This document shows positions 51,012-61,018 of a DNA stretch of 64,000 nt, piece by piece (the first letter of the stretch is position 1; every line of letters starts with the position of its first letter). The stretch lies in NCBI GenBank assembly GCA_963768655.1, contig CAVYIM010000003.1, positions 224,001 through 288,000 of the forward strand. Direction: 5' to 3'. A program made the translations under genes and the position numbers. The notes below the pieces were generated by a model. The model saw only the letters and a program-made list of their open reading frames with translations. It did not search any database and had not been told where the DNA came from. The stretch comes from an uncultured Chloroflexia bacterium (GTDB lineage: Bacteria; Chloroflexota; Limnocylindria; Limnocylindrales; CSP1-4).

Positions 51012-52802
51012 ATGGATGTCCCGAGAAGCCTTGACTACCGGGTAACGCGCCGCACCTTCGCGGGGCTGTTGCGCTTGTTCGTGGTCGCGGCGTTGTGTGC
51101 GCTTTGCCTGCCCTCAGGCGCTCAGGCGAGTGGCGCCGCAACGCCTGCCACAGATGGCTCGTTGCCTGGCGGTCCCGTCGGTTCCGTCAGCGGGCAGCTG
51201 GCGATCAACTGGGCACTGTCAGGCACGGCGACCGCCGATTCATCCCCCGGCACTGCCTCCAACGCAATCAGCGGCGATGCTGCCAACCCCTGGTGCGCCG
51301 CGTGGAGTCCCTGGCCGGCTCACCTGACAGTGGACCTTGGGCGAACGCGGCAGCTGGACGGCCTGGGCATCACAGTCGACAACGCCAGTGACGGGACCCC
51401 CACCTCGGCCCGGGCCTCGATTTCGCTCGCCACCCAGGCGGGCCAGTGGCAGCCGGTCTCGGCGGCTCAGAGCATCGCCCTGGACGCCGGTGCCCCGATC
51501 TACATACCCATCCGCTCTGGCTTGACGGTGGCTGCACGCTACGCCCAGTTGACCGTCTACAGCAGTGGTGCGAATCCTGTCTGCATCGGGCAGTTCCGTC
51601 TGTTCGGGCCTGCCTCTGCATCGAGCATGGCTCTCGGCGACGATGTCTCGTTTACGTCGAATGAGCTGGCGGCGGGTGCCACCTTCACCGACAACGGGAT
51701 CCCCATGAACCCCATTAGCATCCTTGCCATCCACGGGGCGAACTGGGCCAGACTGCGCCTGTGGGTCAACCCGCCTGCTGGCTACAGCGATCTCAACACC
51801 GACCTCGGCATCGCCCGCATGATCAGGGCGGCGGGCATGAAGCTGTACCTGGACATCCACTACTCGGACTTCTGGGCCGACCCCGGCAAGCAGTGCATCC
51901 CAGCGGGGTGGCCGAACACGCTGTCGGGCCTGATCTCCAAGGTTCAGAGCTACACCCAGAACGTGATCGCCGCGTTCGCTGCTCAGGGAACCCCGGTGGA
52001 CATGGTTTCTATCGGCAACGAGGTGACCGATGGCATGCTTTGGTCCTACGACTCGGCGAGCGCTGGTGACTGGGTCGACTTCACCTGCACCAATTCGGCG
52101 ACCGGCGTCGGGGGCCTCCAGTGGAGCTCCGACACTTCGGCCACAGGGTGGGACAACTTCACGCAGCTGCTGAAGGCCGGTGTCGCGGGCGCCAAGGCTG
52201 GGAACCCTGCCCGGCACACGCTCCTCATTGCCATTCACACGGACCTGGGTGGCGGCATGACACCCTACGGTGTAGACGATACCGCGCGGTCCCAGTACTT
52301 CTATTCACAACTCCAGGCCTATGGCGTGCCTTTCGATGTCATCGGCCTCTCCTTCTATCCGATCTACCAGGGGTCCCTATCGGGCATGCGCACGACGGTG
52401 GACAACCTGGCCACGGTGTTCAACAAACCGATCATCCTCGCCGAGACGGAATACCCCTGGACGCTCGCCGACGGGAACAACCAGGGCAACTCAGTGTGGC
52501 AACCGAGCCAGCTGATCAATGGATACCCCGACAGCGCCGGTGGCCAGCTCTCGCTGGTGAACGACGAGCTGTCCATCCTCGCCGCCGTCCCGAACGGTCT
52601 CGGGATGGGGGACTTCTACTGGGAACCTGAGTGGATTCCCGGCGTTGCCTGGGCACCGGGCGGCCAGGGCAGCCCTGACACCAACCAGACCCTCTTCGAT
52701 TTCCAAGGTCGAACGCTGCCCTCCATCGGGATCTACCAGGACCCGGTGAAGGTATGCATGATGCACAGCCCCTTGGACGTCCCCTGTGTGATCGGCAGGT
52801 GA
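51012..52802 (+). CDS. Secreted GH53 endo-1,4-beta-galactanase with N-terminal F5/8 (discoidin)-like domain
   Basis: RLRLWVNP, DIHYSDFWADPGKQ, SIGNEVTDG, AETEYP, FYWEP; NWAL...LTVDLG domain; signal peptide. Confidence 0.9.
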   Translation: MDVPRSLDYRVTRRTFAGLLRLFVVAALCALCLPSGAQASGAATPATDGSLPGGPVGSVSGQLAINWALSGTATADSSPGTASNAISGDAANPWCAAWSPWPAHLTVDLGRTRQLDGLGITVDNASDGTPTSARASISLATQAGQWQPVSAAQSIALDAGAPIYIPIRSGLTVAARYAQLTVYSSGANPVCIGQFRLFGPASASSMALGDDVSFTSNELAAGATFTDNGIPMNPISILAIHGANWARLRLWVNPPAGYSDLNTDLGIARMIRAAGMKLYLDIHYSDFWADPGKQCIPAGWPNTLSGLISKVQSYTQNVIAAFAAQGTPVDMVSIGNEVTDGMLWSYDSASAGDWVDFTCTNSATGVGGLQWSSDTSATGWDNFTQLLKAGVAGAKAGNPARHTLLIAIHTDLGGGMTPYGVDDTARSQYFYSQLQAYGVPFDVIGLSFYPIYQGSLSGMRTTVDNLATVFNKPIILAETEYPWTLADGNNQGNSVWQPSQLINGYPDSAGGQLSLVNDELSILAAVPNGLGMGDFYWEPEWIPGVAWAPGGQGSPDTNQTLFDFQGRTLPSIGIYQDPVKVCMMHSPLDVPCVIGR

Positions 52803-52830
52803 GTCCCCAGCCGTAGATGGGCGAACCGCC

Positions 52831-52859
52831 TAGGGGGCGGCCGGCCCGGCCGCCCCCTA
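52831..52859. terminator. Perfect 13-bp inverted repeat downstream of the GH53 gene
   Basis: tagggggcggccg-gcc-cggccgcccccta. Confidence 0.6.
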
Positions 52860-52962
52860 CTTGTGATCTCCACGGGCGATGGCCGTCAACCTGCGGGCAC
52901 GGGGTAGAAGTCCAGCTCGACCGTTACCAGACGCCAGGCGCCTGAGCTCCCAGCGCACCATC

Positions 52963-53224
52963 ACCCAGACGCAGTCGCCTCGATCTTGGGCTGCCTGACA
53001 TGGAGGGCGCAGAAGTCATCTCTGGCCTGCGGGGTTGGATCAGCGTGCCGATCATCGTCCTGTCCGCGCGAACGTCCGAAGCCCAGAAGGTGGTAGCGCT
53101 CGATGCCGGGGCGAACGACTACGTTACAAAGCCGTTCGGCATGGACGAGTTGATGGCTCGGCTCCGTACAGTGTCGGTCCGACTCCTGACGCGCAGCCGA
53201 TCCCATTCGAACTGGCACAGCTGA
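52963..53224 (+). pseudogene. KdpE-like response regulator receiver fragment
   Basis: LDLGLPDMEG, VPIIVLSAR, ALDAGANDYVTKPFGMDELMARLR; N-terminus and DNA-binding domain missing. Confidence 0.8.
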
Positions 53225-53561
53225 TCGGCTTAGGGAGCATATCGCCGCTGGCGTGCCACCGCCTCACGACTCTGGGTTCGCTCGCGAGCATTCCGATAGT
53301 CCGCGCAGTGGCGCTGAACCGGGGACTGACGCGGGACGATCTGATGGCATGAGGCGCATTCGAGGAGTTCGGCTGTCAGCCATTCGTGTCAGCGGGTGGG
53401 GCGGGGGAGCGCCACATCAGTCGCGGGGCGGGCGGAACTTAGTAGGCGCCCGGGCCCCGCCAAAGAAGCCGAACAGTCCGTGCCGCCCGTACGACGAGCC
53501 CACCTCTGAACTGCGCGCGAGGCACAGGCCAGGGCCACCGACCGACGGATGTGCTGCCAGC

Positions 53562-53690
53562 CTCACCCCCGACGAGATCGCGCTGGTGCTCATCACGCAT
53601 GCCCATGCCGACCACATCGGCGGGCTCACGGCGGTGCGCGACGGCGTCCGCGTCCCCCGCTACCCGAACGCCCGCCACGTCATCCTTCAT
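53562..53690 (+). pseudogene. MBL-fold hydrolase fragment
   Basis: LTPDEIALVLITHAHADHIGGL...YPNARHVI with no flanking domain. Confidence 0.7.
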
Positions 53691-53796
53691 CGGGCCGGGG
53701 TGTCAATGTCGCTACTACGAGACGAAGGCGTTTCAGCGGGCCAGGGAGTCTGCTACGGTTGCCGCGCCAGGTCGCTACGCGCTCGAGGGCACCGGA

Positions 53797-54711
53797 ATGA
53801 GTACTTCGATCTCTGCCCCTTCACCATTCGGCGCGATGAATGGGCACAGGGCAGACAACCACCCACTTCGCACGCTTCGAGTCGAGGAGCTTGTAGAGCC
53901 AAGCTCCGGAGCCGTATCGGGCCAGATCGTTCTCGACGGTCCCGTTCTAGTCGGGGATCAGATCACCGGTCGGATACACTTCACCGCCCTCCGTGAAGTC
54001 AACGCCCGAAGCGCGAGCCTCCGTCTCGTCGGGCTGCGGCTGGACGAGCGGACCAGAAGGGACGGCGTCTGGATCGAGAGGTCTCTCTTCGACGAGGAAT
54101 TGTTCCCAGGTTTGTCGATCCCGACCAGCCTCCAACCAGGCGCTACCTGGGAGGCGCCATTCCACATCCCAGCGCCGCCGCAAGGACCGCCGGCCGTCCA
54201 TCTGGGTGTGTCGATCATTGCCTGGGCGGTCGAGGTTCGATGGGACATTGCGGGGGCTTCAGATCACTGGCTGGCTACCGACCTGCCTCTTGCTCAGAAC
54301 CCAGACCTCGTCCGCGCCGGCATCGGCGAACAGGGCGGTCTTGGTCTCGTGGCGGGTGTCCCCGTCGAGGACGCGACGATCAACGTGAACTCGATTCTCC
54401 CGGCGCTCGTCGGGCAGGAAGTGGAGATCTCGGCCTCGTGGCCGTCGGCCCCATCTGGGCAGGGGGCCCGGATCGAGATCCAGCAGTCGGCCAACCTCCC
54501 CGACAGGGTGGGTCGTCTGACCGTCGCGTCGGCCATCGTCGATCCCAAGCTGCTCGCGAGCGGCGCTGCCGAGGCACGGCTGCTCATCCCAGCCGGGTCG
54601 GCGCCAACGTTCGAGGGTGCCGGAATTGAGTGCGTCTACTTCGTTCATGTCCTGATCGATCGCCACCTACGATCCGACGTTTCGATCGAGCGCCCGATAG
54701 CGGTCATCTAG
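53797..54711 (+). CDS. Arrestin/Spo0M-like beta-sandwich protein
   Basis: GDQITGRIHF, LRLVG, WEAPFHIPAP, IAWAVEVRWDI; second half repeats the pattern (LIPAGSAPTF...YFVHVLIDR). Confidence 0.55.
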   Translation: MSTSISAPSPFGAMNGHRADNHPLRTLRVEELVEPSSGAVSGQIVLDGPVLVGDQITGRIHFTALREVNARSASLRLVGLRLDERTRRDGVWIERSLFDEELFPGLSIPTSLQPGATWEAPFHIPAPPQGPPAVHLGVSIIAWAVEVRWDIAGASDHWLATDLPLAQNPDLVRAGIGEQGGLGLVAGVPVEDATINVNSILPALVGQEVEISASWPSAPSGQGARIEIQQSANLPDRVGRLTVASAIVDPKLLASGAAEARLLIPAGSAPTFEGAGIECVYFVHVLIDRHLRSDVSIERPIAVI

Positions 54712-54782
54712 ACTCGACCGCGGGCGAGCGGGGGAGAACCTCCGATCGGAGATTCCGGATCGCGGTGTGAGGTTGACTGCGG

Positions 54783-55701
54783 ATGACCCACTCGTCCGAG
54801 AACGGGCTGCAGCACATCCCAACCGCTGACGGCGGGACCATCGAGATCCTATTGCTGCCGCCGCAAGCCGGGTGGACTCTCATCTACCAGGGGGCACTCC
54901 GGCCGCTCCGGTCCTGTTCGGGCCGCTGGAGGCCGCCGCGGCCGCGCGGGGGATGCGCCTGGTCCAGTACGCTCGACCCGGCTATGGAGGTTCCTCGCGC
55001 CGGGCTGGCCGGCGAGTCGCCGATGCCGCGGAAGACGTTGCTGTCATCGACGTTGCTGTCATCCTGGACACTCTTGGTGTGGAGCGCTGTCTGACCCTGT
55101 GCTGGTCGGGCGGCGGGCCCCATGCTTTTGCCTGCGCGGCGCTTCTCCCCGAACGTGTGGCGGCGGCCGGGACGATCGCCAGCCCCGCCCCCTACCACTC
55201 CGAGAATCTCGACTTCTTCGCGGGCATGAGTGCTGACAACGTCGAGGAGTTCGAGGCGGCGATCGCGGGCCCCGCGCAGTTACGAACCTTTCTCGAGGCT
55301 CAGGCGCCGAGCTTTGGCTCGATCACAGCCGAGCAGGTAGCGTCCGGGCTCTGGGTTCTCGCGTCGGAGGAAGATCGGAAGGCTCTGACCGGGGAGTTCG
55401 CCGAGCACGTCGCGCAAGCCTTCCGCCGGGCACTTTCGGGCGGGATCTGGGCTGGTACGACGACGACCTCGAGCTCGTGCAGGATTGGGGGTTCGATCTC
55501 GCTTCCATCCGGCTGCCCGTGACGGTCTGGCAGGGCGAGCACGATCGGATGGTGTCAATCGCCCACGGCCGATGGCTGGTGGGCCATGTGCCGGGCGTTC
55601 GCTCGCGACTCCTCCCTGATCACGGCCACCTGTCCCTGGTGGCAGCCTCGCTCGACCGGATCCGCGACGACCTGCTCGAGCGCGCCGGCCGCAAGAGTTA
55701 G
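54783..55701 (+). pseudogene. Alpha/beta hydrolase, frameshifted twice
   Basis: Continuous homology over three frames (GTP, RPGYGGS, WSGGGPHA, DWGFDL, WQGEHD, GHLS); shifts at G-runs ~54890 and ~55450; 15-bp duplication at 55034-55063. Confidence 0.85.
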
Positions 55702-55850
55702 TCAATTGGGAACGGCGGTCGGGGAGTCGCAGCGCCATGCGGGGATCGTCACCAGCCGCGCCGCTCGATACACTGCCTCTCGTCAGGGGTCGGGGTGCTC
55801 CGGCCCGGAATAGGGTCGGCGCTCATGCGAGGCGCCGGAGGGAGCCGGAA

Positions 55851-56564
55851 ATGGAGATCCGTTCTCGAGCCTGTCGTATCGGTCTCGGGCTTCGCATCGG
55901 ACCTTCCCATTCCGGCCGCCAGCTTAGATCTCGGGCGAGTTTCTTCGGCCTGGCGGTCCTGCTCGTCGCCCTCGCGCTGGCGGCCTGTTCGGCCTCCACA
56001 GCCACGCCAACGCTGCCACCCTCGCCGTCACCAAGCCCGACCGGTCTGATCATCGTCCCCGGCTCGGTGGCACCGACGGCGACCGAGATGTCGACTGAGA
56101 GCCCGACCCCTACATCGACCTCGCCCCGGCCGACGGCCGTCGAGACGGGCGCGCCGGGGCAGACGGCGGCCCCGACAGTCAACGTAACGTGTCCGTCCGC
56201 GGCCGCGGCCGCGGTCGGGATGGCGCTGGATCTGCTGGCCGAGCAGGCCCCGACCGGCCCGACGATCAGTTCCACCCAGGTGGGCACGGAGTCCATGACC
56301 ACCTGTAACTACTCCGGCACGTTCAGGACCATGGTCTCTTTCGCGACATTCGGCTCGCCGGCCGACATGGCCGCCGCCGAGGCTGGAGCAGCGGCCATGC
56401 AGGGCTCGACTGCGGTGACGGGTCTTGGCGAACAGGCTTACTACGTCCCCGATGCGGGGCTGGACGTCTTTGTCTACCCGCTCTCGCTCATCCAGATCAG
56501 CTGCTCGAATAGCGTCAGCGCGGACCAGCTCGAAGCGTTGGCGCGCGCGGTGCTCGGGGGATGA
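55851..56564 (+). CDS. Putative lipoprotein
   Basis: Lipobox LALAAC, Pro/Thr linker, C...CNY...VTGLGEQAY pattern. Confidence 0.65.
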   Translation: MEIRSRACRIGLGLRIGPSHSGRQLRSRASFFGLAVLLVALALAACSASTATPTLPPSPSPSPTGLIIVPGSVAPTATEMSTESPTPTSTSPRPTAVETGAPGQTAAPTVNVTCPSAAAAAVGMALDLLAEQAPTGPTISSTQVGTESMTTCNYSGTFRTMVSFATFGSPADMAAAEAGAAAMQGSTAVTGLGEQAYYVPDAGLDVFVYPLSLIQISCSNSVSADQLEALARAVLGG

Positions 56565-56685
56565 CCCGATCGGCTCGCATGCCGACTACGCACGCATAGC
56601 GTTCGCGTCGCCGGCCCTCATTCCACCGCGCCCAGTCGGTAAACTCAGGACGATAGGGTGGAACCTGGACCAGGAGGTCAGGGCG

Positions 56686-56733
56686 GCGACGCCGGCGCAG
56701 TTCGTGGCCAAGTGGCAGGGCAAAACGTTGCCG
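56686..56733 (+). pseudogene. N-terminal relic of an MmeI/YeeA-like (type IIL) restriction-modification enzyme
   Basis: TPAQFVAKWQGKTL after a GGAGG RBS; start codon position reads GCG. Confidence 0.4.
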
Positions 56734-57083
56734 CGGTTAGCACGCGCACGGCCATCGGCACGCGCTGCCTGCTAACGCTCACCGCCGTCCAATTGCCTTT
56801 CGCGTTGCCGCAAGCCGGGGCGTCATAGGTACCCTTCATACCGCAGCCAGAGATCCTTCTCGAACGCGCCCTGCCGGTGACGGTCGACTTCCTCTCATCG
56901 CCAGCCTGGCGAGTCGAAACACGATGACCTGAGTGTCCGGTGGCCCCGGTCCCGGATCGTGAGCCGAGGCAGCCTCTCGATTGACAGGCTCGGTGGCGGC
57001 GTCGAGATTACCCACAGGTCAGCCGGATACCGAGACGGCGTAGCAGATCTCCCTCTGCCCGGACGACCCAAGAGGTCAGTCCC

Positions 57084-60000
57084 GTGGCCCAGCCTTCCGT
57101 GACGACCAATCCGTCACCCGCCGACGATCGCTCAGCCGGGATCCCCGTCTCGCCGGCAGCACGACCGCGCCGTCGGCCGCGCCGCCGCTGGCTAGTGGCA
57201 CTACTCGGTCTGGTTGTGATCGTTGGTATCGCGTCCGTCGGGCTGGTGCAGTTCCTGTCACCCGCGCCCACGACCACGATCTGGCAGGCCATCACGGCGG
57301 GCATCTCCGACGGGGCCGTTCCCAAGCAGACCGCTCTGGAGGCGTTCGCCTATCTGTACGACGTCGCTATCCCCGACGTGACCGTCCCAGCGGGCATCGA
57401 GGGCGGCGACGAGCCGACTGACGGCAGCGGCGCCGTGAACTGGGTCCGCGCCGACTGGGATCAGTTGACATCCGCCCAGCAGGCAGTGATCGACCCCTTC
57501 CTGGTAGCGGGGCCCAACGACCAGGCGATCCCGATAAGCTCGGTCGCCGCGGCCGGTAGCCCAGTAGCGGCGGCGAGTCCGGCATTCCAGCTGGATGTCG
57601 CGCGAAATGTCCGTCCGATCGATGTCGCCGAACTTCCCGACGCGCCTGCAGCCATAACGACTGCGCTGGAGAACGAGTTGCAGGCCGACATCGTCCACAT
57701 TGGTCCCAGGCTCGGCATGCCCGTGCTGACGGAGGGAAATCCGCTCTTCCCGAACATCGAGTTGATCATGAGCGACAGCAGCGGTGGCAAGACGCTCATG
57801 CAAACCACCGCGGTCGAGAACGCACTCCACTACGAGCCGTGTGAAGTGACGGTCTACAAGAACGCCTGGTCGGGCGCGACCAGCGTGACGCCCACTCTCC
57901 ATGTCTTGATGACCCACGAGGTCGTTCACTGCTATCAGAACGTGGTCTGGGGGAGCGTCGCCACGAGCCTGGCCATTCCGCCCTGGATCGTCGAAGGGAC
58001 CGCGTTGTACCTCGCGGCCGACGACACCAAGGTACAAGAGCCGATGATCCCGTCGATGTGGGAGAAGGGTTACTTCATCCCCGAGACGGCGCTGACCAAC
58101 CGCTCATACGACGCCTTCGGGTACTACTCGCTTCTCGCCCACGAGGGGCGCGACCTGTGGAGCCTTATGCTGCCGGCCTGGCAGGCGGCGGCCAAGAGCG
58201 CGACGCGCTCGGATGCCTTCATAGCCGTGCTGAATGGGGACGCCGTCGATATCCGCGACAACTGGGCCGAATCGTACGTGCGCAAGACGTCCTGGGGCGA
58301 CCCCTGGATCGCCTACGGATTCGGTCTGCCTGCAGCGGCTCAGGTAGTCGAGCACATCGCCCAGGCACAACCGGCGCCGGGCTGGACCGGCTCCCTGGCG
58401 AGCAGATCGAACACTGTGCTCAACGTGGACTCCACCGCCGGCGAGGTGGTGATCGTCTCGACCGACGGCCTGGCCAGCGTCCACGACGACGCCGGACACA
58501 TGGACGTGGCATTCCAGAGTCAGCGGTTCTGCACCGTTTCCAGCTGCGTCTGCCCGAAGGGGACGAAGCTGGCGGGACAGGACATGGCATCGGAGCCGAT
58601 GACCATCTCGTTCGTAGCCGCCTTCAACGCTCCGGAAGGCGGCTCCAAGTACAGCATCGTCTCGGAGACGCTCGCCGAGCTGTGCGGGCAGGCCTCGCCG
58701 CCTCCGACGCTCCCGGCGACGCTCCCGGGCAGCCCCTCCCCGGGGCCGTGCACCACCGGCTGCTCCGACTCCAACGGCGACCCCCACATGCTGACCGTCA
58801 ACAACGTCGCCTACGACTTCCAGGCTGCAGGTGAGTTCACGCTGCTGCGTTCTGCCGACGGCAGCGTCGACATCCAGGCCCGCCAGGAGCCCTTCGGCGA
58901 TGGAGGCGACGTATCGACCAACACCGCGATCGCCGCGAAGGTGGGCAGTCATCGCGTGGGCGTGTACCTGATGCCCGACTCGAGCCTCCAGGCACATGTT
59001 GATGGCCAGGTCGTCGATCTGAGTTCGGGGCCACTGGACCTCGGCGGCGGTGCGAGCATCTCCAACTACAGCGACGCATCCACCAACGGCTTCGAGGTCG
59101 TCTTCCCCGACGGCACGAAGATGTGGGCTCTGTCGGTAGCCGAGTGGGGTATCAACGCCGAGATCCTGCCCTCGGCGAGTCTCAAGGCAGACGGCACTGG
59201 GCTGCTCGGCCCCGCGGTCGCGGGCGGCCTCGGTGTGCCCGCTCTGCCCGATGGAACGGCATTGCCGTCGCCGACGGACGACCAGCAGGAGTACGACTTC
59301 CTGTACGGCCAATTCGCCGACGCCTGGCGTGTCACGGACGCGACCACGCTGTTCGACTACGACCCGGGGAAGTCCACAGCGTCCTACACCATCAAGCCTT
59401 ACCCGGCCGCCGGCAAAATGATCACCCTGGCGGACCTGACGCCGGCACAGCGCGCCGCCGGGGAGGCCGCATGCCAGGGCATCACCAACCCGGTTCTGCA
59501 CGACGACTGCGTCCTCGACGTGGGCGTCACCGGCGACGCCGGCTTCGCGGATACGTACGCCTCCGTCCAGGCGTTCGACGAGGCCGGTCTTGCGCCGGTG
59601 AGCTTCCCGTCGCCATCGATCTCGTCCGCGACGGCGCCGCCGGCGGTCGTCAGTGGCGCGGTCACGGTGACCAAGGGCACGGCCGTCAGCGGCTACGCGG
59701 TCGGCCCTGACGACACCGTCTACATGTCGGTCCAGACAGGCGACAACGCGTATAGCCTGATCTCGTTCGACCCCAAGGCGGGAAAGATCATCGCGCAGGT
59801 CTCCGTGCCGGCCGCCACGGAGGTTCACTACGCCGCGGGCTCGCTCTGGCTGCCCGGACTCGAGACGGACTCCAGCCTCAGCAACTGCAGCGTCACTCGC
59901 TTCGACCCGGCCACGTTAGCGGAGCAGGCGACGATACCGATCCCGTGCGCCGACGTCCTCGGACCGATCATCGCCAGCGACGGCAGCTCCATCTGGTTCG

Positions 60001-60608
60001 AGGACAACACCAACTACGACTCCACCACGGGCAAGGGCGCGGTGGCCACCCGCATCGATCCGGTGACCGACAGGCCCGCGAACAGCGTTCCCATGCCATC
60101 CTCAGGCGGCTATCTGATCGACTCGCAGGGCGCGATCTTCTACACGGACCCGGACACTAACAACTACTACGTGCTTACCACCGGCTCGACCACCTCGGCC
60201 GCCTTCGAGCTCATCGGCAACTTCCCGAATGTGGCTGTGGCATCCGGAGCCGGCCTATGGACCCAGAGTGCCCAGGGGAAGCCGGCCGAATACTTTACTC
60301 ATGCCGGCAGTCCCGATCAGACGCTGCCGATCCGGGGAACGTTGGTCGGCGGGGACGCGTCGGCAGCGTACGCGGAGGCCGAAGTGACCTCGCCCGGCGG
60401 CGGCACGCAGCCGGCTCTACTGCGGTACGGGATCGACGGCTCCGCGGCGACGAGGATCGCATTGCCGCCCAAGGTCGGGGGGACCTCGCAGTCGTACCTC
60501 GACGATCTACCTCCCGACGTCACCAGCGACGGTTTCGTCAAGATATGGGCTATCCAACGCGACAGCCCGCGGGCCTCGATCCTGCTGCAGTGGGCGCCGC
60601 TGCCCTAG
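57084..60608 (+). CDS. Large membrane-anchored protein: gluzincin-like HExxH domain, VWD domain and beta-propeller-like C-terminus
   Basis: N-terminal TM; THEVVHCYQ...WIVEG; GDPHMLTVNNVAYDFQAAGEFTL; YGQFADAWRV, CVLDVGVTGD. Confidence 0.85.
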   Translation: MAQPSVTTNPSPADDRSAGIPVSPAARPRRRPRRRWLVALLGLVVIVGIASVGLVQFLSPAPTTTIWQAITAGISDGAVPKQTALEAFAYLYDVAIPDVTVPAGIEGGDEPTDGSGAVNWVRADWDQLTSAQQAVIDPFLVAGPNDQAIPISSVAAAGSPVAAASPAFQLDVARNVRPIDVAELPDAPAAITTALENELQADIVHIGPRLGMPVLTEGNPLFPNIELIMSDSSGGKTLMQTTAVENALHYEPCEVTVYKNAWSGATSVTPTLHVLMTHEVVHCYQNVVWGSVATSLAIPPWIVEGTALYLAADDTKVQEPMIPSMWEKGYFIPETALTNRSYDAFGYYSLLAHEGRDLWSLMLPAWQAAAKSATRSDAFIAVLNGDAVDIRDNWAESYVRKTSWGDPWIAYGFGLPAAAQVVEHIAQAQPAPGWTGSLASRSNTVLNVDSTAGEVVIVSTDGLASVHDDAGHMDVAFQSQRFCTVSSCVCPKGTKLAGQDMASEPMTISFVAAFNAPEGGSKYSIVSETLAELCGQASPPPTLPATLPGSPSPGPCTTGCSDSNGDPHMLTVNNVAYDFQAAGEFTLLRSADGSVDIQARQEPFGDGGDVSTNTAIAAKVGSHRVGVYLMPDSSLQAHVDGQVVDLSSGPLDLGGGASISNYSDASTNGFEVVFPDGTKMWALSVAEWGINAEILPSASLKADGTGLLGPAVAGGLGVPALPDGTALPSPTDDQQEYDFLYGQFADAWRVTDATTLFDYDPGKSTASYTIKPYPAAGKMITLADLTPAQRAAGEAACQGITNPVLHDDCVLDVGVTGDAGFADTYASVQAFDEAGLAPVSFPSPSISSATAPPAVVSGAVTVTKGTAVSGYAVGPDDTVYMSVQTGDNAYSLISFDPKAGKIIAQVSVPAATEVHYAAGSLWLPGLETDSSLSNCSVTRFDPATLAEQATIPIPCADVLGPIIASDGSSIWFEDNTNYDSTTGKGAVATRIDPVTDRPANSVPMPSSGGYLIDSQGAIFYTDPDTNNYYVLTTGSTTSAAFELIGNFPNVAVASGAGLWTQSAQGKPAEYFTHAGSPDQTLPIRGTLVGGDASAAYAEAEVTSPGGGTQPALLRYGIDGSAATRIALPPKVGGTSQSYLDDLPPDVTSDGFVKIWAIQRDSPRASILLQWAPLP

Positions 60609-61018
60609 CGCTTTCAGTCTGCGGCCACGTCCCACCGCAGGCGACCGCCCGGCGGCCGGCACCATGCGCGGATCGTGGCGACCGAAGCTGTGTCGCCACG
60701 ACCAGGTAGATCAGCAGCTTTAGCGGTTCTCGCCATACCCCCTTGGCCCACAGTCGATCGAGGCCAACCAAGGCTCGCTCCAGCGATTCCATATCCAGGT
60801 CGTTGAACCAGCGCGAGATCTCGGCCGCCAGGTCGACCAGAACCTCCGACCTTGCCGCGTTGACTCTGCCGACGACATCGGCGACATCCGGAGCACCGTG
60901 AACAGGTCATGGCGCCGGTCGAGGTGGACTATTCTGCCGGCAGCGTGGCCGTGCCCGGGCCGCTGCGGGCGGTGCCGCGACGAGGCCGAAGTGACCGGCG
61001 TCGCACCCGGAGGATGAG

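Noticed and set aside
60670-60900. DUF4238-like assignment for the minus-strand remnant (YLVVATQLRSPR)
   Set aside because: Resemblance is too short to name a family
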